From contig CAWAHW010000006.1 in assembly GCA_963781885.1 (NCBI GenBank), forward strand, positions 96,001 through 160,000: a stretch of DNA of 64,000 nt, read 5' to 3'. The notes under the pieces were generated by a model. The model made no database searches and was not told the DNA's origin. It worked only from the letters and a program-made list of their open reading frames with translations. This document shows positions 1 to 9,224 of this stretch, piece after piece. This DNA is from an uncultured Spirochaetota bacterium (GTDB taxonomy: Bacteria > Spirochaetota > Spirochaetia > SZUA-6 > Fen-1364). Each line of letters opens with the position of its first letter. Position 1 is the stretch's first letter. The translations under genes were made by a program, and so were the position numbers.

Positions 1-1063
1 TCAACGGCATGGGGGAGAAGGTGCAGGACCTCTTCCGCGAGCGCGTCCAGCGCATGCAGGAGCTGGACGGCATCTTTTCCTCCGTCCGGCAGGGCATCCT
101 CCTGCTGGACAGCGAGGGCCGCATCGTGCGCAGCAACCGGGGCTTCGAGGAGCTCTCCGACGTGCGTCCCGTGGAGGGAAAGACGCTCTGGGAAGCGGTG
201 CGCGCCCCCCGTCTCACCGAGCTCGTGCAGCACGCGCGGACGAGCGGCAGGAGACAGTCAGAGGAGGTGGCGCTCGGCGACCGGTGGATCCTCTGCACGG
301 TGGAGCACATGGCAGACCGCGAGGAGCTGATCGTTGTCTTGAATGACGTGAGCGACGTGCGGCGCCTGGAGACCCTCAAGCGGGACTTCGTCGTCAACGC
401 GTCCCACGAGCTGCGCACGCCCCTCACCTCCATCGTCGGCTCCCTGGAGATGCTCGAGGGAAAGCTTGACGAGGAATCCACGCGCTGGGTCGACGCGATA
501 CGCCGAAACGCGGAGCGCATGACGGCGATCGTGCAGGATATGCTCATGCTCTCCGGCCTGGAAGCCCCGGGCGAGGTGCCGGCCGCGGAGCAGGTGGACC
601 TGAAGCGGCTCGCGGAGGACGTGACGGGCATGTTTCTCCACCGCGCCGAGATACAGGGGCTTGCCCTGACGCTCACCGTCTCGCCGGACCTGCCTCCCGC
701 TGCACGCCGATCCGTTCCTGCTCGAGCAGATGCTCGTGAACCTGATCGATAATGCGCTGAAGTACACGGAGAACGGCGAGGTGCGGGTGAGCTGCACGAC
801 GGGATGGGCCGGACCATGTGCGCATCGAGGTGGCCGACACGGGCATCGGCATCCCCGAGGAAAGCCTCCCGCGCATCTTCGAGCGCTTCTACGTCGTGGA
901 CAAGTCCCGGTCGCGGAAGCTCGGCGGCACGGGGCTGGGGCTCGCAATCGTCAAGCATATCGCGCAGAGCCACGCCGGCACCGTTGACGTGGAAAGCACG
1001 CTGGGCCGCGGCACGCGGTTCATCGTGCGCCTGCCGCTCGATTTCCGCACCGCCGGGATTTAA
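1..1063 (+). CDS. phoR: Phosphate-regulon sensor histidine kinase (PAS-HisKA-HATPase), 5'-partial, two apparent frameshifts (~697, ~810)
   Basis: H-box [15 protein letters not shown] (9..752), N-box [10 protein letters not shown] (730..987), G-boxes DTGIGIP and [12 protein letters not shown] (818..1063) in three successive frames; directly upstream of pstS. Confidence 0.9.
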
Positions 1064-1098
1064 CACAAAATTAACAGAACCTTCACCCCTGACTAACA
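1060..1098 (+). promoter_or_regulatory. Pho box (PhoB/PhoP-type tandem repeats) upstream of pstS
   Basis: TTAACA (1060), TTAACA (1071), TTCACC (1082), CTAACA (1093): exact 11-bp period. Confidence 0.8.
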
Positions 1099-1173
1099 GC
1101 GGGCGGACAGATTGGACGAGCACATGCGTTGCCACGCATGAAGCCTCACGTATTGCTGTGAAGGAGGATATCC

Positions 1174-2217
1174 ATGAAATTGTCCCGGATCATGGTGGCG
1201 GCCCTGCTGCTCACCGCTGCCGCCGGCTTTGGCTTCGGCCAGGGCACGGAGCTCGTCGGAGCGGGCGCCACGTTCCCCGCCCCGTTCTATTCGAAAGTGT
1301 TCGATGAGTACAACAAGCAGTTCAGCGTGAAGGTGAACTACCAGGCCATCGGCTCTGGTGGCGGGCAGACCCAGCTCAAGAACAAGACCGTGGACTTCGG
1401 CGCCAGTGACGTCGTGGTCACCGACGACGTTGCGAAGTCATTCCCCGCGCCGTTCGTTTCCATCCCCATGGTCGAAGGCGCGGTCACCATCACCTACAAT
1501 CTTCCCGGCAGCCCCACGCTGAAGCTCACCTCCGACATCGTCGCCGACATCTTTCTCGGGAAGATCAAGAAGTGGAATGACAGCCGGATCGCGGCCCTGA
1601 ACCCGGACGTGAAGCTGCCCAGCACCAACATGACCGTGGTGCACCGCTCGGACGGCAGCGGCACGACGGCAGTCTTCAGCGACTATCTGAGCAAAGTCTC
1701 CGACGATTGGAAGACCAAGGTGGGCGTGGGACAGTCCCTGAACTGGCCGGTCGGCGTGGGTGGCAAAGGAAACCCCGGCGTCGCGGGCCTCGTCAAGCAG
1801 CTCCCGGGCGCCGTCGGCTACGTCGAGCTCATCTACGCCTTGCAGAACACCATGCCGTATGCGACATTGAAGAACAAGAACGGGAACTGGATCGTGCCGT
1901 CCCTCGCTTCGACGAGCGAAGCAGCAATGGTGGCCATCCCCGATGACGTCACAAAGGTGAATCTCACGGACTCCACCGCCCCGAACGGGTATCCCATCTC
2001 GACGTTCACCTGGATCCTCGTGTACAAGGAGCAGAATTACGACAATCGCCCCAAGGACAAGGTCACCGCAATGATGAAGATGCTGTGGTGGATGGTGCAC
2101 GACGGTCAGCAGTACGCCCAGCCTCTGGCGTACGCCACACTGCCCAAGGCAGTGGTCGACAAGGCCGAGGTCATCCTGAAATCGGTCACCTACAACGGGA
2201 CACCGGTCCTGCAATAG
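1174..2217 (+). CDS. pstS: Phosphate ABC transporter substrate-binding protein
   Basis: Signal peptide; GAGATFP, IGSGGG, DFGASD, HRSDGSGTT, GYVELIYA motifs; AAGGAGG RBS. Confidence 0.97.
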   Translation: MKLSRIMVAALLLTAAAGFGFGQGTELVGAGATFPAPFYSKVFDEYNKQFSVKVNYQAIGSGGGQTQLKNKTVDFGASDVVVTDDVAKSFPAPFVSIPMVEGAVTITYNLPGSPTLKLTSDIVADIFLGKIKKWNDSRIAALNPDVKLPSTNMTVVHRSDGSGTTAVFSDYLSKVSDDWKTKVGVGQSLNWPVGVGGKGNPGVAGLVKQLPGAVGYVELIYALQNTMPYATLKNKNGNWIVPSLASTSEAAMVAIPDDVTKVNLTDSTAPNGYPISTFTWILVYKEQNYDNRPKDKVTAMMKMLWWMVHDGQQYAQPLAYATLPKAVVDKAEVILKSVTYNGTPVLQ

Positions 2218-2225
2218 GTCGGTGA

Positions 2226-3105
2226 ATGAAGAGCGAGCGGTCATCCGACACGGCATTCAGGACCCTGCTCGTTCTCGGGGGGATCGCGGTGAGTGTCCTG
2301 CTCATCGCGATCTTCTTTTCTCTGACGCTCACCTCCCGCAGCGCCATCGTGGCCAACGGGTTTCGGTTCATCACGGGCTCGGAGTGGGACCCGGTCACCA
2401 ACTCGTTTCACTCCCTGGCGTTCGTGGTGGGCACGCTCATCACGTCCCTCATTGCCCTGGTGATTGCGACGATCTTGGCCCTGGCGCTCGCCATCCTCAT
2501 GGGAGAATATTTCCGGTCCGGTGCGTTCAGCGCGATCATGACGACGGCCGTCGAGCTGCTGGCCGGAATCCCTTCCGTGGTCTATGGGTTCATCGGACTG
2601 TTCTTCTTTGTGCCGGCCGTCCGGGTGCTCCAGACCCTTCTCGGCCTGCCGCCCTACGGGGTAGGCATGTTTACCACCGCGCTGCTCCTGGCTTTCATGA
2701 TTCTTCCCTACTCCGCTTCAATCGGGCGGGAGATAATCACCCTCGTTCCCGCGGACCTCAAGGAAGCGGCGCTCTCACTCGGAGCCACCCGATCGGAGAC
2801 GGTCTGGAAGGTGACCTTGCCCTATGCCACATCGGGCATCATGGGCGGGGTTCTGCTGTCGCTTGGTCGCGCGCTCGGAGAGACAATGGCGGTGACGATG
2901 GTCATCGGGAATGCGAACACCCTCACCTTCAACATATTTCGCCCCCGGCAACACCATGGCGAGCGTGATTGCCAACGAGTTCTCCGAGGCATCCAGCAAT
3001 CTCTACCTTTCGAGCCTGATCGAGATCGGGCTCCTGCTTTTCATCGTCAGCACGCTGATCAACATCGCGGGGAAGATCGTCGTGAACCGCATGACGGCCA
3101 GATGA
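2226..3105 (+). CDS. pstC: Phosphate ABC permease PstC (frameshift near 2940 makes an apparent fusion to pstA)
   Basis: ELLAGIPSVVYG, RALGETMAV; the C-terminus FAPGNTMASVIANEF continues in the 2911..3105 frame. Confidence 0.9.
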
Positions 3106-4013
3106 GGGCGGACATGGGTGATACGCAGGAAAAGGAAGCGCGCGTGCCGACGACGCGAACACGAAAGCTGGATGCCGGGGTGGCAGCCCGGCTCCGCCGC
3201 GATCTTGGCTTTCGTGTGCTGATGATCGTCCTCTCCCTCATCGCCGTCGTCCCGCTGGCGTTGATCCTGATCTACATCGTCGTGAAGGGAGCCTCCTCGA
3301 TCAACTGGCAGTTCCTCACCCAGCTGCCCAAGCCGATGGGAGAGACGGGGGGAGGCATCTCCAACGCAATCGTCGGCACCGTGATCCTCGTCGCGATCGC
3401 CAGCGTCATCTCGGTGCCCGTGGGGATCTTCGCGGGGATCTTCCTCTCCGAGCAGTCAAAGAGCCGGCTGGGAACGGTTGCCCGCGTGTCCGTGGAAACC
3501 CTCATGGGGATTCCCTCAATCGTCATTGGCATCGTGGCCTATACCTGGATCGTTCGTCCGATGGGGCATTTCTCCTCCCTCTCCGGCGGCGTGGCGCTCG
3601 CGATGATCATGCTGCCGGTCATCACGCTGGCCACGGAGGAAACCCTCCTCCTGATCCCGATGTCGCTGCGGGAGGCGGCACTTGCCCTGGGGGTTTCCTA
3701 CCCCCGCACGGTCATGCGCGTCATTCTTCCGGCCGGCATGAGCGGCATCGTCACGGGCGTTCTTCTGGCCGTGGCGCGGGGCGCGGGGGAGACGGCTCCG
3801 CTCCTTTTCACCGCGTTCGGGAGTCCCTTCATGGCGGTGAACATCTTCAAGCCGATGGAATCGCTGCCGCACACGATTTTCTATTACGCCACGAGCCCCT
3901 ACCCTGAATGGCAGGCTCTCGCGTGGGGCGCCTCCTTCGTCCTCCTGGTCATCGTCCTGGCGCTGAACATCGTCACAAAGCTGGTAACATCGAGATGGAA
4001 GGTCCGATTCTAA
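3102..4013 (+). CDS. pstA: Phosphate ABC permease PstA
   Basis: GIPSIVIG, LREAALALG, ARGAGETAPLLFT; ATG overlaps the pstC stop (alternative start 3114). Confidence 0.92.
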   Translation: MRADMGDTQEKEARVPTTRTRKLDAGVAARLRRDLGFRVLMIVLSLIAVVPLALILIYIVVKGASSINWQFLTQLPKPMGETGGGISNAIVGTVILVAIASVISVPVGIFAGIFLSEQSKSRLGTVARVSVETLMGIPSIVIGIVAYTWIVRPMGHFSSLSGGVALAMIMLPVITLATEETLLLIPMSLREAALALGVSYPRTVMRVILPAGMSGIVTGVLLAVARGAGETAPLLFTAFGSPFMAVNIFKPMESLPHTIFYYATSPYPEWQALAWGASFVLLVIVLALNIVTKLVTSRWKVRF

Positions 4014-4774
4014 CACCTGAAACCACAATCCTGGAGACCCGCGGTCTCGTTGCGGGTTTCGACGACAAGGATGTCGTCAAGGCGATCTCCCTCGCGATCC
4101 CCGCGGGCAAGATCACCGCGATCATGGGGCCGTCGGGATGCGGCAAGACCACGTTCATGCGGTGCATCAACCGCATGCACGAGCTGGCAGCCAACGCGTT
4201 CGTGAAGGGAACGGTGCTGCTGGACAACGAGGACGTGTACAAGCTCAACCCCATCCTTCTGCGGCGCCGCATCGGGATGGTGTTCCAGAGGCCCAACCCC
4301 TTCCCGACCATGAGCATCTACGACAACGTGGTGGCCGGCTACAACCTGAACGGCGCGCGCATGGCCCGGGTGGACCGGGACCGCATCGTGGAGGAGACCC
4401 TCCGTCGGGTGACGCTCTGGGACGAGGTGAAGGACAACCTCTACCGCCGCGGCACCTTTCTCTCCGGCGGTCAGCAGCAGCGCCTCTGCATCGCGCGCGC
4501 GCTGGCGATGAAACCCGAGATCATCCTCCTGGACGAGCCGACGTCCGCCCTGGATCCGAAGGCCACGGCGGCCATTGAGGAGCTGGTCGTGATGCTCAAG
4601 GGAGTGGTCACGATCGTCCAGGTCACGCACAACATCCCGCAGGCGGCACGCATCTCCGACTACACCGCGTTCATCCACCTTGGCGAGCTCGTGGAGTTCG
4701 GGCCGACGAAGACGGTTTTCACCGTCCCGAAGGATTCCCGCACCGAGGAATACCTCTCGGGGAAATTCGGATAG
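3995..4774 (+). CDS. pstB: Phosphate ABC ATPase
   Basis: [49 protein letters not shown]. Confidence 0.96.
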   Translation: MEGPILTPETTILETRGLVAGFDDKDVVKAISLAIPAGKITAIMGPSGCGKTTFMRCINRMHELAANAFVKGTVLLDNEDVYKLNPILLRRRIGMVFQRPNPFPTMSIYDNVVAGYNLNGARMARVDRDRIVEETLRRVTLWDEVKDNLYRRGTFLSGGQQQRLCIARALAMKPEIILLDEPTSALDPKATAAIEELVVMLKGVVTIVQVTHNIPQAARISDYTAFIHLGELVEFGPTKTVFTVPKDSRTEEYLSGKFG

Positions 4775-4776
4775 GA

Positions 4777-5448
4777 GTGGCAATGCCGATACCGGAGATG
4801 GATGACCTGAAGGCGAAGCTCGTCGGATACAGCAGGTTCGTGGAGGGCATGATCGGGAAGAGCCGGCAGGCGCTCGTGACGCGTCAGGCGGAGGTGCTCG
4901 CCGAGATCATCGACGACGACGAGCCGCGCGCGAACGACACGGAAATCGCGCTGGAGGCGGAGTGCACGGCCGTCATCGCCCGGCACCAGCCCATGGCCCG
5001 CGACCTGCGCGCCATCCTCATGATTCTCCGCATCGTCAACGACCTGGAGCGCATCGCCGATCACGCGGTGAACATCGCCGAGGCGGTGCGCGACCACATC
5101 AACGGCACCGTCATCGCGCCTGACGACGCCGTGCTCACGATGTTCGACAAGACCTCCCGCATGATGGACGACGCCATTCGCGCCTTCATCGACGGGGATT
5201 CCGCGCTGGGGCAGCAGGTGTGTCTTGCCGATGCCGAGGTGGACGCGCTTGCCACCGGCATCCTCGAGCGGATGAGCGCCGCCATGACGACGGATGCCAC
5301 CCGCATCCCCCACAACCTTGCCCTCCTGAAGATCGCCGCGAATCTGGAGCGCGTCGCGGACCTTTCCACCAACATGGGTGAAGATGTAATCTACATGGCG
5401 GAGGGCCGCGTGATCAAACACCACCGCCAGGAGCACCCCCCGACGTGA
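4777..5448 (+). CDS. phoU: Phosphate signalling protein PhoU
   Basis: QPMARDLR, DLERIADHAVNIAE, LERVADLSTN repeats; end of the pst operon. Confidence 0.95.
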   Translation: MAMPIPEMDDLKAKLVGYSRFVEGMIGKSRQALVTRQAEVLAEIIDDDEPRANDTEIALEAECTAVIARHQPMARDLRAILMILRIVNDLERIADHAVNIAEAVRDHINGTVIAPDDAVLTMFDKTSRMMDDAIRAFIDGDSALGQQVCLADAEVDALATGILERMSAAMTTDATRIPHNLALLKIAANLERVADLSTNMGEDVIYMAEGRVIKHHRQEHPPT

Positions 5449-6554
5449 CCCCGGCGCATCCCGACCCCGGGAGCGACTGGTCCGGTGCCCCGCTGTACCG
5501 CCGGTACATCGAGGGGACGCTCCAGCACCTCTACGATTCCTCGCCGCTCAACGGCATCGGTCCGCGCGACCGCATCCTCATCATGAGCGATCTCCACCTC
5601 GGCGACGGCGGTCCGCGCGACGACTTCCGCCACAATGCGGCCCTCGTGGAGACGGTGCTCCGCGACCATTACCTGGCCTCTGGATGGGCGCTCGTGCTCA
5701 ACGGCGACATCGAGGAGCTGCAGCGCTTCTCCTACCCGGCCATCCATGCAAAATGGAAGGACGTCTTCGCGCTTTTTGCCGAGTTCGGCAGGCGCGCGGC
5801 GCTGTACAAGATCGTGGGAAATCACGATCAGACGTTGCGGGCGCACGCGCCGCGCAAGGAGGCCTCCGCGCTCCTGGACGGCATGCGTCTTGCCAGCAAC
5901 GGGAGCGAGCTCTTTCTCTTCCACGGACACCAGGCGACGATCTTCTTCGAGCGCTTCAACGGGGTGTCGGAGTTCTTCCTGCGCGCGTTCGCCAACACCT
6001 TCCGGATCCCCAACACCCCCGTCCTGTACGAGAGCCAGAAGAAGTACCTTACCGAGCACCGGGTCTACACCTTTTCGGCAAGCCGCAAGATCGTCTCCAT
6101 CATCGGCCACACCCATCGGCCGCTTTTCGAGTCGCTCTCCAAGATCGACACGCTGCGCTTCAGGATCGAGCAGCTCTGCCGCGACTATCCCACGGTGTCC
6201 CCCCGGGCGCGGGCGGCGATCGAGACGGCCGTCGCGGTGTACCGTCGGGACCTCGCGCGTCTGTGGGCAAAGGATCGCGAGGAAGGCCTTCGCGGGAGCC
6301 TCTACAATGAGCAGATCTGGATCCCCTGTCTCTTCAACTCGGGCTGCGCCATCGGCAAGCGCGGCGTGACTGCCCTGGAGATCGCGGGGGGCAAGATCGC
6401 GCTCGTGCACTGGTTCGACCGCACCCGGGGGGAGACCCGTCTCACGCAGGACGTGGCCCCTGCCGAGCGGCTGGGGGAGAGCGATTTTTTCCGCACGGTC
6501 ATCAAGCAGGACAGGCTGGAGTACGTCTTTTCCCGCATCCGGCTGCTCGCCTGA
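5445..6554 (+). CDS. Calcineurin-like metallophosphoesterase
   Basis: SDLHLG, NGDIEEL, GNHD, FHGH, GHTH motifs; GTG start overlaps the phoU stop. Confidence 0.85.
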   Translation: MTPAHPDPGSDWSGAPLYRRYIEGTLQHLYDSSPLNGIGPRDRILIMSDLHLGDGGPRDDFRHNAALVETVLRDHYLASGWALVLNGDIEELQRFSYPAIHAKWKDVFALFAEFGRRAALYKIVGNHDQTLRAHAPRKEASALLDGMRLASNGSELFLFHGHQATIFFERFNGVSEFFLRAFANTFRIPNTPVLYESQKKYLTEHRVYTFSASRKIVSIIGHTHRPLFESLSKIDTLRFRIEQLCRDYPTVSPRARAAIETAVAVYRRDLARLWAKDREEGLRGSLYNEQIWIPCLFNSGCAIGKRGVTALEIAGGKIALVHWFDRTRGETRLTQDVAPAERLGESDFFRTVIKQDRLEYVFSRIRLLA

Positions 6555-6585
6555 CGCGGCTGCACGGGATCGCCGGCACGCCGAA

Positions 6586-6613
6586 TCAACACATTCCTAA
6601 GAGAAGCTTAACA
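6586..6613 (+). promoter_or_regulatory. Putative Pho box
   Basis: TCAACA (6586), CTAAGA (6597), TTAACA (6608): 11-bp period, same consensus as the pstS box. Confidence 0.6.
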
Positions 6614-6647
6614 CTGCCGGGATACCTTCCGGAGCGGGAGGTTCATC

Positions 6648-6923
6648 ATGTCCAGAAAAAGCGTCCTTGGTGTCACGACGCGCGTGCAGGCCTGCGAGCT
6701 GTGCGGCGAGGAGATCACCCATGACGTGGTCCGCGTCGACGAGGGAAGGATCTATCACCTGCGCTGCTTCCGCCAGCGCGTGCCGCAGTCCGAGATGGGA
6801 TTGTACGAATGCCCGAAATGCCGCACCCTTGGCCGCGTGTGGGAATGGGGAGCCCGCCGGTGGCGCGCGTGCAGCCTCTGCAGCGGGTATCTCTCCGCCC
6901 CCGGGGAGCCGTGTGGGAATTGA
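6648..6923 (+). CDS. Small Cys-rich Zn-finger-like protein
   Basis: GGAGG RBS; CELC, HLRC, CPKC, CSLC in 91 aa. Confidence 0.7.
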   Translation: MSRKSVLGVTTRVQACELCGEEITHDVVRVDEGRIYHLRCFRQRVPQSEMGLYECPKCRTLGRVWEWGARRWRACSLCSGYLSAPGEPCGN

Positions 6924-6927
6924 GGCG

Positions 6928-7692
6928 TTGACAGGCGGGAAGCAGAGAAAGGCGGGGGCCGCCAAAAGCAGGCGCACCCCGCTCGTGCTCGGTCATCGCG
7001 GCTACCGCGCGCGCCACCCCGAGAATACGCTGCTCGCCTTTCGCGAGGCGCTTGCGGTGGGCGCCGACGGCGTGGAGTGCGACGTGCAGAAGACTGCCGA
7101 TGGACGCTACGTCGTCATCCACGATCCGAGCGTGGATCGGGTGACCGGGCAGCGTGGTGATGTGGCAGCCATGACGCTTGCCGATCTGAAGCGCCTGGAT
7201 TTCGGGGCGGGGCAGAGCATCCCCACCCTGGAGGAGCTCCTCCGTGCAATGCCCCCGGAGGCCTACCTGGACGTGGAGCTGAAGGAAGAAACGCTCCTGC
7301 CGGCGGACTGCGCGCCTATTGCCGCGCTGCTCGATGCACTGCACGGGCGGACGAATCTGATGGTTTCCTCATTCGGGTCGCGGCTGCTTCTGGATTTCAG
7401 AAAAAGGGGCTTCTCCGTCGGTTACCTGGTCGGAGAGACCGCGGCGGAGCAGGGATTCATGGCATTTGTGAGGGTGCTTTTACGGCTGCGGCCGCGCTAC
7501 CTGAACCTGCCTGTGGACATCATCACAACGCTTGGCAAGCGCCGCGCGGGTCTCCTGTTTCGACTTTTTCAGGCGCTGGGCTTTTCGCTTCTTTTCTGGA
7601 CCGTGAACTCAGCCGATATGGCGGCAGCGGTAGCGCCCTATGCTCGTATGATCGCCACCGATGAGGTGGAAAAGGCGGTGAATGAATGGTGA
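6928..7692 (+). CDS. Glycerophosphodiester phosphodiesterase (GDPD/UgpQ-like)
   Basis: GHRG..HPENTLLAF, ECDVQ, IHD, IPTLEE, VELK motifs; start uncertain. Confidence 0.9.
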   Translation: MTGGKQRKAGAAKSRRTPLVLGHRGYRARHPENTLLAFREALAVGADGVECDVQKTADGRYVVIHDPSVDRVTGQRGDVAAMTLADLKRLDFGAGQSIPTLEELLRAMPPEAYLDVELKEETLLPADCAPIAALLDALHGRTNLMVSSFGSRLLLDFRKRGFSVGYLVGETAAEQGFMAFVRVLLRLRPRYLNLPVDIITTLGKRRAGLLFRLFQALGFSLLFWTVNSADMAAAVAPYARMIATDEVEKAVNEW

Positions 7693-7702
7693 GAGGAGTG
7701 CG

Positions 7703-7912
7703 TCACAGTTCCTCAGCGTCGGGGTTGCTTTTCCATCTTTCGAGGTGGTCGACATAACGCTTGATGGCGTCATCATTGAGATAGCGCAGATCGAGTGCGA
7801 TCTCGCCGAATATGCGCGTGTCGCCTTCTGACTGGAGCTTGAGAACATGATCGACCTGTTCCTGCTTCATCGCTCCGATATTGACAAGGAACTCCCCGAT
7901 TTTGTTCGCCAT
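7703..7912 (-). CDS. Stand-alone MshEN-like (c-di-GMP-binding-type) microprotein
   Basis: KIGEFLVNIGAM..EQVDHVLKLQ..RIFGEIALDLRYL resembles the tandem RLGxxLxxxG MshEN motif. Confidence 0.65.
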   Translation of the reverse strand: MANKIGEFLVNIGAMKQEQVDHVLKLQSEGDTRIFGEIALDLRYLNDDAIKRYVDHLERWKSNPDAEEL

Positions 7913-8003
7913 GAGCGTGCCTCTTCCATTATTTTAGACCTTTTAAAGAATTTTACAATGCATAAGTCGCCAATATCTCCATTCACACGGGCATCGTTGC
8001 CTT

Positions 8004-9215
8004 TTGGACGGCAAAGTGAAAGGACATAGCCGCTTGCCCGCTGTCATAGAAGTTTTCCTTGCAGCCTTGAAGCTCGGCGTCACGTCTTTTGGAGGTCCCA
8101 TCGCACACCTGGGCTATTTCCGCGACGATTATGTTCTTCGCAGAAGGTGGATCACGGACGAGGGCTTCGCCGATATCGTCGGTCTCTGCCAGCTCCTGCC
8201 CGGCCCGGCAAGCAGCCAGGTGAACATGGCGATCGGCATGTCGCGCGCGGGAATGGGCGGGGCGATTGCCGCCTGGGCGGGGTTCACGCTGCCATCGGCG
8301 GCAGCCCTGACCGCTTTTGCGCTGCTCTTCAGCGGGCCCGCATTCGTCGCGTCCGGGTGGATGCACGGCATCATGCTCGCGGCGGTCGCCGTGGTGGGCC
8401 AGGCGGTGTGGGCGATGGCGAAGCGACTTGCGCCAGATGCGGCGCGCGCGTCATTCGTCATCGTTGCGGCGATTGCGAGCCTCCTTCTGCCTTTTGCGCT
8501 GACGCAGGTGGCCTTAATCGTTGCGGCCGGCATCGCCGGCCTCCTCCTGCTCCCGACGCGCGTCGAGGCTTCGCGCCAGGACCTTCCCTTTCATATTCCG
8601 CGCGCGGTCTCCATCGTTTCCCTCTGCCTTTTCTTCGTGCTGCTCGCCGGGCTCCCGATTGCGCGCGCGCTTGTTTCCGCGCATTGGCTCGCGCTCACGG
8701 AAAGCTTCTACCGGGTCGGCGCGCTCGTGTTCGGCGGCGGGCACGTGGTCCTGCCGCTCCTCCAGCGCGAGGTGGTGCCCCCGGGATGGCTGGGCAACGC
8801 GCAGTTCATGGCAGGCTACGGCGCCGCGCAGGCCGTTCCCGGTCCCCTTTTCACGTTCGCCGCGTACGTCGGCGCCGCGTCCGGGCCGGCACCGAACGGC
8901 GTTGCGGGTGGACTGATCGCGCTCGCCGCGATTTTTCTCCCGTCCTTTCTCCTGCTCGTCGGCATCCTGCCGTTCTGGGCGGGCATCCGCGCGCGGCCCG
9001 GTTTCCAGTCCGCGCTTGCCGGCATCAACGCGGCGGTCGTGGGTCTGCTCGCCGCGGCATTCTACCAGCCGGTCTGGACGGGCTCCGTGCACGGGATACC
9101 CGACGTCTGCATCGTCCTGGGAGCCTTTGCTCTTCTGACGTTCTGGAAGGTGCGGCCATGGATGGTGGTTGCCGCGGGTGCGCTCGCCGGGGCGGCGCTG
9201 CGGCTTCTGGGCTGA
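8004..9215 (+). CDS. chrA: Chromate transporter (CHR family, long form)
   Basis: SFGGPIAHLGYF, QLLPGPASSQ, FGGGHVVLP, AQAVPGPLF. Confidence 0.93.
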   Translation: MDGKVKGHSRLPAVIEVFLAALKLGVTSFGGPIAHLGYFRDDYVLRRRWITDEGFADIVGLCQLLPGPASSQVNMAIGMSRAGMGGAIAAWAGFTLPSAAALTAFALLFSGPAFVASGWMHGIMLAAVAVVGQAVWAMAKRLAPDAARASFVIVAAIASLLLPFALTQVALIVAAGIAGLLLLPTRVEASRQDLPFHIPRAVSIVSLCLFFVLLAGLPIARALVSAHWLALTESFYRVGALVFGGGHVVLPLLQREVVPPGWLGNAQFMAGYGAAQAVPGPLFTFAAYVGAASGPAPNGVAGGLIALAAIFLPSFLLLVGILPFWAGIRARPGFQSALAGINAAVVGLLAAAFYQPVWTGSVHGIPDVCIVLGAFALLTFWKVRPWMVVAAGALAGAALRLLG

Positions 9216-9224
9216 GAAGGGACG

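Noticed and set aside
2226-4013. PstC-PstA fusion (595 aa)
   Set aside because: The linker is out-of-frame sequence; the real PstC tail is in the 2911..3105 frame.
7930-7990. Pho box upstream of chrA
   Set aside because: TTTAGA, TTTAAA and TTTACA are spaced 9-10 bp rather than 11; likely just AT-rich promoter DNA.
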